Counted from the whole stretch's first letter, positions 1 to 9,417 are shown. The stretch: DNA of 64,000 nt, filler included, from an uncultured Methanosarcinales archaeon (GCA_964604995.1; 4 parts of 4 records of this genome joined end to end with filler, not necessarily neighbours in it); one strand, 5' to 3'. Made by a program: numbers and translations. Notes: a model not told the origin generated them from the sequence alone.

Positions 1-1
1 A

Positions 2-850
2 AATCACCCAGACAGATTAGAAATTGTAACGCTTCTCGAGAAATCACAACTTTATCCAGCTGAAATTGCAAAAAAATTAAAACTTCATGAGCAAATAGTA
101 TATTATCATGTTAAACAGTTATTAAATGCTGAAATTTTATCTATCGTCGAGAAAAAAGAAGTTAGAGGAACCATTGCTAAAAAACTTTCGTCTAAAAATA
201 TGAATTTTGCCGTTTGTTTAGGTACAGACTGGAAAGAAGCTGAAAGTTTTTTCTCGACGGAGATTGATAAAAAAGTTGAAATGTTTTTAAAATCATTTAT
301 TTCTGAGGGAACTTTCGACGGAAAAATAATAGTTGGAAGCCCTGATCCGCATGGACCTTTAAAAGCTAGAGCAAGAGATGGTCATTTTGCTATTGATCTC
401 TCACTTTTCTTAGGAAAGATGACAAATATACCAAAGGAATTCTCTGTTAAACTTGATGTAGATGTTAATTTAACGTCTGAGAACTCCAATCTTATTGTAA
501 TTGGTGGACCTGCTACTAATCTTGTTATGCTGACCTTTAATGACAAAATACCAACTAGATTTATTGAAAATCAGCCATGGTCCATATTTTCTGAAAAAAC
601 ACAAAAAAAGTATTCAGAAGAAGCAGTAGGAATTGTTGCGAAGATAGTTAACCCTCACTTTCCAAATAGAAATATAATAATATTAGCAGGAATTAGTAGT
701 GCCGGAACAAGAGCTGCAGTTATTGCATTTACCAGGCATTACAAAAGCTTATTTAGTACATTTAATGGGCAGTCAAATTGGGGATCAGTAGTCCATGGTT
801 TCGATTTAGATGGAGATGGACAAGTGGACTCTGTTGAAATATTAGAATAA
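2..850 (+). CDS. ArsR-type winged-helix regulator with C-terminal alpha/beta domain (5' partial)
   Basis: The frame is open from base 2: NHPDRLEIVTLLEKSQLYPAEIAKKLKLHEQIVYYHVKQL (ArsR-like HTH). It continues into the listed 216-aa ORF (NLIVIGGPATN, C-terminal DLDGDGQVD). Confidence 0.75.
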   Translation, partial: NHPDRLEIVTLLEKSQLYPAEIAKKLKLHEQIVYYHVKQLLNAEILSIVEKKEVRGTIAKKLSSKNMNFAVCLGTDWKEAESFFSTEIDKKVEMFLKSFISEGTFDGKIIVGSPDPHGPLKARARDGHFAIDLSLFLGKMTNIPKEFSVKLDVDVNLTSENSNLIVIGGPATNLVMLTFNDKIPTRFIENQPWSIFSEKTQKKYSEEAVGIVAKIVNPHFPNRNIIILAGISSAGTRAAVIAFTRHYKSLFSTFNGQSNWGSVVHGFDLDGDGQVDSVEILE

Positions 851-866
851 TGACTAAGAATGAATT

Positions 867-889
867 AAAAGTTAGAAAAACTAACTTTT
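867..889 (+). terminator. hairpin after the first gene (AAAAGTTAG-AAAAA-CTAACTTTT)
   Basis: Perfect 9-bp inverted repeat ending in a T run, 17 nt after the stop codon. Confidence 0.35.
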
Positions 890-1176
890 GATTAAAAATC
901 CACTTAATTTACCAATCAACAATGGACTAAGTAAAAAGCATTAAATGGAATAAACTCTCACTTTCCACGTGTTAAATCATATAAAACAGTAAAACATGTG
1001 TGTTTAATAGGTAATAAAACAGAAAATACACTTAATTGAGATGCTTAATGAGGGAAATAGTAGTAAGTTACAATTAGTGATAGGGATTTAATCAAAATTT
1101 TAGAAACATAGTAAAAATAGTAAGAATAAATATCAAATAATACATAAATTGAGTTATAATTTAAAGAAGATATATG

Positions 1177-1209
1177 AAAATAAATAAATTTAACAAATTT
1201 ATTTATTTT
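1177..1209. repeat. perfect 15-bp A/T-only inverted repeat
   Basis: AAAATAAATAAATTT-AAC-AAATTTATTTATTTT. Confidence 0.85.
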
Positions 1210-1287
1210 AAGAAAGGAAATATTAGCTAATAGAACTATGTTTATCAGTTTGTTGAAAAAATAACAAACTAATTGGGAGATGAGACT

Positions 1288-1989
1288 ATGTTTAGAAGAC
1301 TTTTCGGCAAAAAACCAGTTGAAAATCCAATAAAAGAGTTAAATATTAGTATGTCTAAGGTGGATAGGGACATTTATCTTATACAACAATGGATTAACCA
1401 CTTACATGAAAAAAGTGAAAACATAAAGAACTCCCATTATGAGCATTTAGAACTAACTAAAAGAGATATCAATAATATAAATAAATGGTTACAATATTTA
1501 CATACCCATAATTTAGAGATGCATAAATTTGTTAAGGAAACCTCAAATAGCATTATTAAACTAAGAAATAATCAGATAGAATTGCTAAAAAGACTTGAAA
1601 AAATTGAACAAGGACAACTAAGGACACTAGAAAGGACAATTAAAGGACAAGTTAAGGACATTTCACCAATAATTGAGGACATGTCCCAGAGTAGTATTAT
1701 CGTCGAGAAAAATAAAAATGAAAAAGAATATGAAAATTTTGGAGGAAATGTCAATAAAAGTGAATTTAATGGAAGTCAAATTGAATTACTTAATATGTTA
1801 TATCATGCCAATAGACCGTTATCTTACGACGAAGTAGCTAAGATTTTGGGGAAAAAAGAGAAGAGTATTAGAAATTTAATTTATGAACTTAGAGAAAAAG
1901 GAATAAAAATTAGGTCTAAACCGTTAGGCATTAGAAAGAAAGGTTTTTTTCTCGAGAAAGATGAAAAAATAAAGATTTCAGGAAGATAA
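1288..1989 (+). CDS. coiled-coil protein with C-terminal HTH and N-terminal amphipathic helix
   Basis: ATG at 1288 follows GGAGATGA. N-terminus MFRRLFGKK; duplicated RDIxxIxxWxxxLH helices; C-terminal LSYDEVAKILGKKEKSIRNLIYELREKG HTH. Confidence 0.75.
   Translation: MFRRLFGKKPVENPIKELNISMSKVDRDIYLIQQWINHLHEKSENIKNSHYEHLELTKRDINNINKWLQYLHTHNLEMHKFVKETSNSIIKLRNNQIELLKRLEKIEQGQLRTLERTIKGQVKDISPIIEDMSQSSIIVEKNKNEKEYENFGGNVNKSEFNGSQIELLNMLYHANRPLSYDEVAKILGKKEKSIRNLIYELREKGIKIRSKPLGIRKKGFFLEKDEKIKISGR
1611..1686. repeat. intragenic phased AGGACA array
   Basis: AGGACA at 1611, 1621, 1633, 1644, 1655 and 1676, ending in the palindrome GGACATGTCC (1677-1686). Confidence 0.9.
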
Positions 1990-2008
1990 TAAAAAGAGAA
2001 GTATTAAA

Positions 2009-2071
2009 TGTCCTTAATAATATGTCCTTTTGTCCTCAAGGGACAGGACATTTCAGGACAATTCAAGGACA
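2009..2071. repeat. intergenic inverted TGTCCT/GGACA array
   Basis: TGTCCT at 2009, 2023 and 2031, then GGACA at 2041, 2046, 2056 and 2067. Confidence 0.9.
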
Positions 2072-2236
2072 TTTGAATTGGAACTTTTAACTGGTTAAAT
2101 ACATAAATTGAATAATAAATTATTGGTGTAAATAAATATATTGACGATGAGATATAAAATAACGAGAACTCCTAGAAAAATTGAGAATATTATGGATTTA
2201 TAGACGAGAAATTTTTAAGTGATGCATGAGTTATTT

Positions 2237-2785
2237 TTATTTGATTTTTTTACTTAGTTTTTGAGTAATAAAATAGACGAGTTTCTTGGTAGATAATTTT
2301 GTCGTATCTACGACAATAATTTTATGATTCGCTTCTTTTGCTTCAATTAGACAAATATCAAATATTTCACTATCCATATTCTCTTGAATCTTTTCCTTTG
2401 AATATTTTCTTTTTTTGAGCCTTTGTTTTAGAACCTTTAAATTGGTTTTTGTGATGATACATAGATCAATTAAGTTATTAGGTAAAAGATGTGCTAAGTG
2501 ACCTTCTATTATTACCCCTTGAATGTGTGGTTTTTTATGTGCTAAAACCTTAAGATACCTAATTAGTTCTAAAACTAATTTAGATGGAGAAACAACAATA
2601 CATTTCCTTTCTTCATCGTAACCTTGCTGAAGTGAGTGTTTTTTAATGAAATGAGTTATATTTATTATATCCCAACACATGGAAAGTGAGAGTTCTTTAG
2701 CTAAAGAAGACTTACCAGTACCTGGTGTACCGGAAACAACCCAAACTTGAAATTTTTTATATAATTTGTATTTCTTATTTTGCAT
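2237..2785 (-). CDS. archaeal adenylate kinase, AK6/Fap7 family
   Basis: P-loop SGTPGTGKS, IIEGHLAH motif, RLKKRKYSKEKIQEN lid. Confidence 0.85.
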   Translation of the reverse strand: MQNKKYKLYKKFQVWVVSGTPGTGKSSLAKELSLSMCWDIINITHFIKKHSLQQGYDEERKCIVVSPSKLVLELIRYLKVLAHKKPHIQGVIIEGHLAHLLPNNLIDLCIITKTNLKVLKQRLKKRKYSKEKIQENMDSEIFDICLIEAKEANHKIIVVDTTKLSTKKLVYFITQKLSKKIK

Positions 2786-2999
2786 TTTTTATCAAATTAT
2801 TTTATATTAATATATATTTTAGTGTAAAAAATTTAAAAAATAAAATGAAATGTATTTATTTGTATTTATTTACATATGAAAATAATGTATTATGAAAGTT
2901 GATATTTATTACATCCTTTAATTTTTACTTTATATTTTACATAAGTGAACATTAATGCTTAGATTGTAATAAATTATATAGTGCCTAAGTAAATTATTT

Positions 3000-3632
3000 T
3001 TATTTTTTGAACCTTTCTACTACAAAATACATAGTTAATGCAAAAATAGCTCCGATAAAAAACCAAATAGCCATACTATTTAAATTGATTAATGACCAAA
3101 ATGATTGATATGTTGTTAACTGCTCAGTTGGTGCTGATGCCATCAAAGTATTAGCTGATTCTGGTAAAATTCTCGCTTGAGAGTCCATTGCTGCTGCTTT
3201 AAAAGAATTTATGCCACTACTGTTTGAAACTTTGCTAAAAAATTTGGATACTAATCCAATTGTAAATGTTGCAGTTAATATGATTACACCTATTGGTAAA
3301 AATGATTTTAACTTTTCTATAAGGCTAGGATTGGCATCTGCAGGTGCAATAATTATAAGCTTATTTGCAAGTTTGTAGTGTAAAATCTCTTTTCCTTTTT
3401 GACTATAGTGAAACTCCTCTGCTATAACTAGCTTATTTTCTACCAAATGATGAAGATTGTAGTGTACAGTTGATATTGGTATATTTAACTGCTTACTTAA
3501 ATCAGATTCAGTAGTTTCACCTTTAGATAAGAAATCTAAAATTTTTCTACAAGTTTCGTTACTAATTACTTGTGCTAATTTCTTAGCTTTGTCCTCTTTT
3601 AACGATACAAGCATAAATGATTCTTCAGTCAT
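3000..3632 (-). CDS. membrane-anchored ArsR-family HTH regulator
   Basis: N-terminal HTH (TESDLSKQLNIPISTVHYNLHHL) plus two hydrophobic segments. Confidence 0.8.
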   Translation of the reverse strand: MTEESFMLVSLKEDKAKKLAQVISNETCRKILDFLSKGETTESDLSKQLNIPISTVHYNLHHLVENKLVIAEEFHYSQKGKEILHYKLANKLIIIAPADANPSLIEKLKSFLPIGVIILTATFTIGLVSKFFSKVSNSSGINSFKAAAMDSQARILPESANTLMASAPTEQLTTYQSFWSLINLNSMAIWFFIGAIFALTMYFVVERFKK

Positions 3633-3883
3633 TGAATTTAAAAATAAGGCATTATATTTAAAAGTGAGTATAGCTTCAATTTATCTTAAAGTAATAGATA
3701 TAACTTGCTTATTTTTATAATTGAGATAATAAAATTTTAAGAGTTAATATAAAGTTAACATAAAGATGCAAAACTATAAAATAAACACTTAATAATTAAA
3801 ATATTATTATTAAATTATTAATAATGTTTAAAATAAAGCCAAAATAACATCAAATAATAATTAAAAAAATAATGGGGATTAAA

Positions 3884-4372
3884 ATGCAATGTGAAATATG
3901 TGGCAAGAATACAACTTTGTTTACGACAATTATTGAAGGAACAGAAATGAAAGCTTGCAATGAATGTGCTAAATATGGTAAAGTTATAAGAGAAATAAAA
4001 CCTATTCAAACATTAAAAAAAGAAGCAAGAGCACAAATAAAAAATGCAACTTTACCAGTTATATCCCTTAGTACAAAAGAGGAATTATATGAAAAAATAG
4101 TAGAAGATTATTCTAGTATAATAAAGAAAAAAAGAGATCAAATGGGTATGACCCAAAAAGAATTTGCTATGTTTTTAGCAGAAAAAGAATCTTTACTACA
4201 TAAAATTGAAACTGGTGCAATCGAACCAAATATCAAAACAGCTAGAAAATTTGAAAAAATTCTTAATATCCAATTAGTTGAAGAATATGAAGAAAAAAAG
4301 CAAGATGATATGCAAAGATCAAAATCAAGTGATATAACAATTGGAGATTTAATTACAATAAAAAGAAGATAA
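3884..4372 (+). CDS. archaeal multiprotein bridging factor 1 (aMBF1)
   Basis: N-terminal CEICG...CNEC zinc ribbon, Cro-like HTH, C-terminal TIGD motif. Confidence 0.9.
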   Translation: MQCEICGKNTTLFTTIIEGTEMKACNECAKYGKVIREIKPIQTLKKEARAQIKNATLPVISLSTKEELYEKIVEDYSSIIKKKRDQMGMTQKEFAMFLAEKESLLHKIETGAIEPNIKTARKFEKILNIQLVEEYEEKKQDDMQRSKSSDITIGDLITIKRR

Positions 4373-4425
4373 AATTGTTATTATTTTAATTCTAAAAACA
4401 ATATTAAAATGAGATTAGTTTATAG

Positions 4426-5940
4426 CTATTTTTCAAAAAAATAGTTTTCACATCCATTATTTTTTTCAAAAAAAGTTAATTTATATTGTAATTTTAGTAC
4501 TTCAATAAAAATTAATTTCTTTTCTTCACAGGACTTGTCCCACGTCGGACAAGGGACATCACAGGATGAAAAAAGGACATAATCAGATTGATATATTTTC
4601 CCTTGTTTTAGTTCAAGTAATAATTCTTGTGCTTTTTGTGAATTAAATGTAGGGTAATAAATAAGACTAGCTGAATTGTTATTTGAATATAATGGATAGA
4701 TTGGATTAGAAATTGCTATTTTTGATCCTGGTGGAATGTTTTTAAAATTTAGTTGCATATTACTAATTTCTCTTTGCTGAGTTTTGTTCAAAAGAGTATT
4801 ACTATAAAATGTTTGTATTAGTAAAATGAATATGAAAATTAAAAATATTGAAAATATAACATATTGACTAAATCTTTGACTAAATATTTTTTTCAAAAAG
4901 GATAAGAATTCAATTATACCAAAAGAGGAGATTATTAGTAAGTAGGGCAAGAATGTAATTGTGAATCTCATTTCTTTGTGATTTATGTATGAAAAATAGG
5001 TAAAGTAAATTAGTAATAAGGCAAGAATTGTAAATTGCCCAAATCGTTGAGAATTTTTTAATTGTGTCTTAAAATTAGATTTACTGATTTTATAGATTAA
5101 AATTCCAAGTCCTAACATAACAAAACATAACAAATAATTTTCGAGAAATAGTCCAGAAAAATAGTAATAAAAAGGCTCCCACCACATCCAACCGGTATAT
5201 TGTGAAAGATATGCTTGTAAAGTAAATGGAAGTATTGGATTTTTGTAAATAATATAATTAATTACTAAATAAGGCATAAACAACAACAAAAACCCTACAA
5301 GATACTTTGAAATAGGGGAGTTGAGATTTGGAAAAATTGTTTTTTTATTGGTATTAGTATATAATTGAATAAACAAAAATATTAAAATAATCCCAAATAC
5401 CCCAAGAAAAAGGAATCTTGTCATAAAAGAGATACATAATATTAAACCAGACCAAAAGTATTTTTTCTTCAAAAACAGATATATTCCTAAAATTGAGAAA
5501 AAAAGTGAGGGTATTTCTGTTAATATTTGCTCAGTTAATTTAAAAAAAGTTGGAAAAATAGAAAGAAAAATAGATGAGAGGATTGCTACATTTTCATTAA
5601 ATAATTCTTTAGCTATAAAATAGGTAAATATAATGCACCCTACACTAAACAGCAACATGAGGGTTTTTCCAGCAATAATTGGATCTAGACCAAATTTCCA
5701 AGATAACCCTAGTAAAAATGGCAAAACGAGAGGTCTTGAATCTTCCCATAGACCAACATTGCCATTTGAAAACATGTATTTTCCCATGTTTATATAAACT
5801 GCAGAATCCCACCAAATTTCATTATCAGAGTAAACATAAATTTTTAGACTTAAAAATAAAATAATAATCAAAGTTAGGGATATTACTGTTTTTTTTACTG
5901 TTTTTGACAAGTTTTGTTTTTTATTATTTTGTTTTTTCAT
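4426..5940 (-). CDS. GT-C fold (ArnT/PMT-like) membrane glycosyltransferase
   Basis: WWDSAVY after the first TM helix, RPLVLP, ILTEIPS, HKEMRF, many TM helices. Confidence 0.8.
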   Translation of the reverse strand: MKKQNNKKQNLSKTVKKTVISLTLIIILFLSLKIYVYSDNEIWWDSAVYINMGKYMFSNGNVGLWEDSRPLVLPFLLGLSWKFGLDPIIAGKTLMLLFSVGCIIFTYFIAKELFNENVAILSSIFLSIFPTFFKLTEQILTEIPSLFFSILGIYLFLKKKYFWSGLILCISFMTRFLFLGVFGIILIFLFIQLYTNTNKKTIFPNLNSPISKYLVGFLLLFMPYLVINYIIYKNPILPFTLQAYLSQYTGWMWWEPFYYYFSGLFLENYLLCFVMLGLGILIYKISKSNFKTQLKNSQRFGQFTILALLLIYFTYFSYINHKEMRFTITFLPYLLIISSFGIIEFLSFLKKIFSQRFSQYVIFSIFLIFIFILLIQTFYSNTLLNKTQQREISNMQLNFKNIPPGSKIAISNPIYPLYSNNNSASLIYYPTFNSQKAQELLLELKQGKIYQSDYVLFSSCDVPCPTWDKSCEEKKLIFIEVLKLQYKLTFFEKNNGCENYFFEK

Positions 5941-6082
5941 TTTTTGATTCTATTGATTTTTAATCTTAATTGATTATATTAAAGTATTAAATGTTGATTT
6001 CATATAAAATTTGTTACATTTAACTACCATAAGAGTTGGCTAGCAGATACTTATTTAAAGTTGATATCTTTTGAGCAATTAT

Positions 6083-6808
6083 ATGGAAACTGTAAAAAAT
6101 GTAAAAGCGAATGTAAAAACTATTGTAATTTTACCAACATATAATGAAAGTGAAAATATAATCCCTTTGATAGAAAAGATATTAAGTCTTAAAATTAAAA
6201 ATTTGGAGATAATAGTTGTTGATGATAACAGTCCAGATGGCACCCCTATTTTGGTTAAAAAAATCAAAAACAGAAATGTACATTTAATTGTAAGAAAAGG
6301 CGAAAAAGGAAGAGGATTAGCTAGTATTGAAGGATTTAAAAAAGCAGTGGCAATGAATGCTGATTCTATAATTGAGATGGATGCTGATTTTTCACATAAT
6401 CCTAAATATATACCTTTATTAATCAAAGAAGCAAAAAAATATGATGTAATTCTAGGTTCAAGATTAATAGAAGGTAGTTTAGATAGTGAAAGAAAATTTA
6501 GTAGAAGATTAATAACTAAACTCTCAAATTTTTATGTACGAACAATTTTGGGATTAAAAATTAGAGATTGTAATTCTGGATTTAGATGTTTCAAAAGAAA
6601 AGTTATTGAAAATTTATTACCTGATTTGAAAGCAAAAGGACCAGATAGTGTACAAGAGATATTGTATCTTGCATTCAAACGAGGGTTTAGCATAAAAGAA
6701 ATACCCATTCATTTTTCAGAAAGAAAAAAAGGGAAGTCAAAACTTGGGGCTAAACAGTTTATCAATGGATTAATAGTAGTTTTAAGATTAAAGTTTAAAA
6801 GAGTATAA
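6083..6808 (+). CDS. polyprenol-phosphate mannose synthase-like GT2
   Basis: ILPTYNE, VVDDNSPDGT, EMDADFSH, DCNSGFR motifs. Confidence 0.88.
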   Translation: METVKNVKANVKTIVILPTYNESENIIPLIEKILSLKIKNLEIIVVDDNSPDGTPILVKKIKNRNVHLIVRKGEKGRGLASIEGFKKAVAMNADSIIEMDADFSHNPKYIPLLIKEAKKYDVILGSRLIEGSLDSERKFSRRLITKLSNFYVRTILGLKIRDCNSGFRCFKRKVIENLLPDLKAKGPDSVQEILYLAFKRGFSIKEIPIHFSERKKGKSKLGAKQFINGLIVVLRLKFKRV

Positions 6809-6869
6809 TTTGGAAGAGGTCTTGTAATAAATGCATCAAATTTATTAAATAACCTAAATTCTTTTACTT

Positions 6870-7466
6870 ATGGTATTATCAATATTATCAGTGCAAGAAT
6901 TAATTGATATGGTTATAATGACCCTATTTGTAGGGTTTATCTTTAAAGATAATTTTGCACTAGGAGCAAATAATCCTAAATATTCTGATCCACTTGAATA
7001 TTATACGAAAAGAACAAGAAAAACTGATTTTTTTGATGGTTTTTGGTTTGCAATAATTGCAACTGTTCCAGCTATTCTTTTTCATGAATTATCACATAAA
7101 TTTGTAGCTTTGAGCTTTAATATGACTGCAGTTTTTCACGCTGCATATACGTGGTTAGGAGTGGGTTTAGTTCTTAAACTACTTAATTTTGGTTTTATTT
7201 TTTTCGTGCCTGCTTTTATTAGTGTATCGGGTATAGGGAGCCCATTACAATATGCAGCTGTTGCTTTTGCAGGGCCATTTATGAATTTATTATTGTATTT
7301 AATTACGGTTTTACTATCAAAACAAAAAATAGTAAATAAAAAATACCTTCCAATTTTAGTATTATCAAAAAAAATTAATTTGTTCTTATTTATTTTTAAT
7401 ATGTTACCAATACCGGGATTTGATGGATATTCTGTATTTTATAATTTATTCAAAGTATTCTTTTAA
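6870..7466 (+). CDS. site-2 protease, peptidase M50
   Basis: HELSH zinc motif, AGPFMN, NMLPIPGFDG. Confidence 0.9.
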   Translation: MVLSILSVQELIDMVIMTLFVGFIFKDNFALGANNPKYSDPLEYYTKRTRKTDFFDGFWFAIIATVPAILFHELSHKFVALSFNMTAVFHAAYTWLGVGLVLKLLNFGFIFFVPAFISVSGIGSPLQYAAVAFAGPFMNLLLYLITVLLSKQKIVNKKYLPILVLSKKINLFLFIFNMLPIPGFDGYSVFYNLFKVFF

Positions 7467-7657
7467 GTTTTTATTGTCTAGAAAAATAGATAGTAAATCC
7501 ATATTATAGACACTATATTTTTATTAATAATAATCTTTAAATATAACTTGCTAACTACATAAATAGTGCACCAAAACAAAAGTGAATTTGAATTGTGCAA
7601 AAAAAATGATATAATGTTTCTGCAATCTTGTAGGGATAGTAATCGGGGTGGATTTTA

Positions 7658-9367
7658 ATGTCAGCTGAAGAATTACTTAGGAGTATAGCAAAAAAAACAG
7701 AAGAATCTGAATATTATACGCCTATTCCAGAAGGATACATGCCTGGAAAGACTAAATATGTTATTGTGACTGGAAGTGTAATGTCAGGTTTAGGCAAAGG
7801 AATTTTCTCTGCTTCTTTGGGAAAATTACTAGAAGATATTGGTTATAATTGTGCACCCATAAAATTTGATGGTTATTTAAATGTTGATGCAGGTACATTA
7901 AACCCATATAGACATGGGGAAGTATTTGTATTGGATGATGGTACAGAAAGTGATATGGATCTTGGAACTTATGAGAGATTCTTGAACAAAAATATTTCTA
8001 AAGACAATTATTTAACTGGTGGTAAAATATTTACTGCAGTTTTAAGCAAAGAAAGGAGTGGAAAATATTTGGGAAGAGATGTTCAGTTTATCCCACATGT
8101 AACAGGAGATATTAAAAAATTCTTAAGAGAGCTTGCTGTTAAAACAAATGCTGATATTATTTTAGTAGAAGTTGGTGGAACTGTTGGAGATATTGAAAAC
8201 CAATATTTTATTGAAGCTATGAGGCAGCTTGCGTATGAAGAAGGAAGGGAAAATGCTTGTTTTGTAAATGTCACATATGTACTAAAGCCTGAATTTTTAG
8301 GAGAGCAGAAAAGTAAACCTGCCCAAATGGGAGTAAAACAATTAATGGAACTTGGTATTCAGCCAGATATTATAATTTGCAGATCAAAACAACCAGTTAC
8401 TCAAAAAGTCAAAGAAAAGATTAGCATTTATTCAAATGTTCCACTTAAGAATGTGATAAGTGCCCATGATAGGGAGAGCATATATACAGTTCCAACCATG
8501 TTAAAAGAAGCTGAAACTGATAAGATTGTATGTGAAAGATTGGGTCTAAAATGGAAAAATATGCCTGAAACAAAAGAGTGGAATAATTTTGTTGATGGAA
8601 TAGTGAACCCAAATAAAGAAATAACTATAGGAATTACTGGAAAATATACAGGACTTAGAGATTCTTATGCATCTATTCTTATGGCACTTGAACATGCTGG
8701 AGCTAAACTTAAAGCTAAGATCAAGGTAAAATGGATTGAAACTACTGAAATTGAAAATGGAAAACTTAGTGTTGAAGAAGCACTAAAAGATGTTGATGGA
8801 GTTATTGTTCCAGGTGGATTTGGAAAAAGAGGAACTGAAGGTAAAATTGTTTGTATCAAATACTTAAGAGAAAACAATATACCTTACTTCGGATTGTGTT
8901 TTGGATTTCAAATGGCGCTAATTGAATTTGCAAGAAATGTGTGTAATTTAAAAGATGCCAATAGTACAGAAATAGAACCAGATTGTAAATTCCAAGTTAT
9001 TGATATTTTGCCAGAACAGAAAAAAATTGAAGGATTAGGTGGGAATATGAGACTTGGCGGCAGAGATGTTGAAGTAAAAAAAGATACATTTGCTTACAGT
9101 CTTTATCAAAAAGAACAGATTAGAGAAAGATTTAGACATAGATATGAATGCAATCCAGAATATATTGAAACATTTGAAAAAAATGGAATAGTATTTTCTG
9201 GAAAAGCTCCTGACTTTCCAATTATGCAAATACTGGAATTGCCAAAGCATCCTTTCTTTTTAGGAACACAATTTCATCCAGAATTTACATCAAGGCCATT
9301 AAATCCGAATCCACTTTATGTTGGATTTGTTGATGCTGCAATAAAATACAATCAAAAAAATGATTAG
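7658..9367 (+). CDS. pyrG: CTP synthase
   Basis: GSVMSGLGKG, HGEVFVLDDG, glutaminase domain GLCFGFQ and QFHPEF. Confidence 0.97.
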   Translation: MSAEELLRSIAKKTEESEYYTPIPEGYMPGKTKYVIVTGSVMSGLGKGIFSASLGKLLEDIGYNCAPIKFDGYLNVDAGTLNPYRHGEVFVLDDGTESDMDLGTYERFLNKNISKDNYLTGGKIFTAVLSKERSGKYLGRDVQFIPHVTGDIKKFLRELAVKTNADIILVEVGGTVGDIENQYFIEAMRQLAYEEGRENACFVNVTYVLKPEFLGEQKSKPAQMGVKQLMELGIQPDIIICRSKQPVTQKVKEKISIYSNVPLKNVISAHDRESIYTVPTMLKEAETDKIVCERLGLKWKNMPETKEWNNFVDGIVNPNKEITIGITGKYTGLRDSYASILMALEHAGAKLKAKIKVKWIETTEIENGKLSVEEALKDVDGVIVPGGFGKRGTEGKIVCIKYLRENNIPYFGLCFGFQMALIEFARNVCNLKDANSTEIEPDCKFQVIDILPEQKKIEGLGGNMRLGGRDVEVKKDTFAYSLYQKEQIRERFRHRYECNPEYIETFEKNGIVFSGKAPDFPIMQILELPKHPFFLGTQFHPEFTSRPLNPNPLYVGFVDAAIKYNQKND

Positions 9368-9417
9368 ATAAATAAAAAGAATGAAAAAATAAAAATATTT
9401 TTTAATTTTTTATTATA

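Noticed and set aside
940..972. Possible ORB element (TGGAATAAAC...TTTCCAC)
   Set aside because: Only a weak single match to the archaeal ORB consensus, with no G-string and no cdc6 nearby.
1611..2071. CRISPR interpretation of the GGACA arrays
   Set aside because: Units are 5-6 bp with spacers mostly 0-15 bp, and there are no cas genes.
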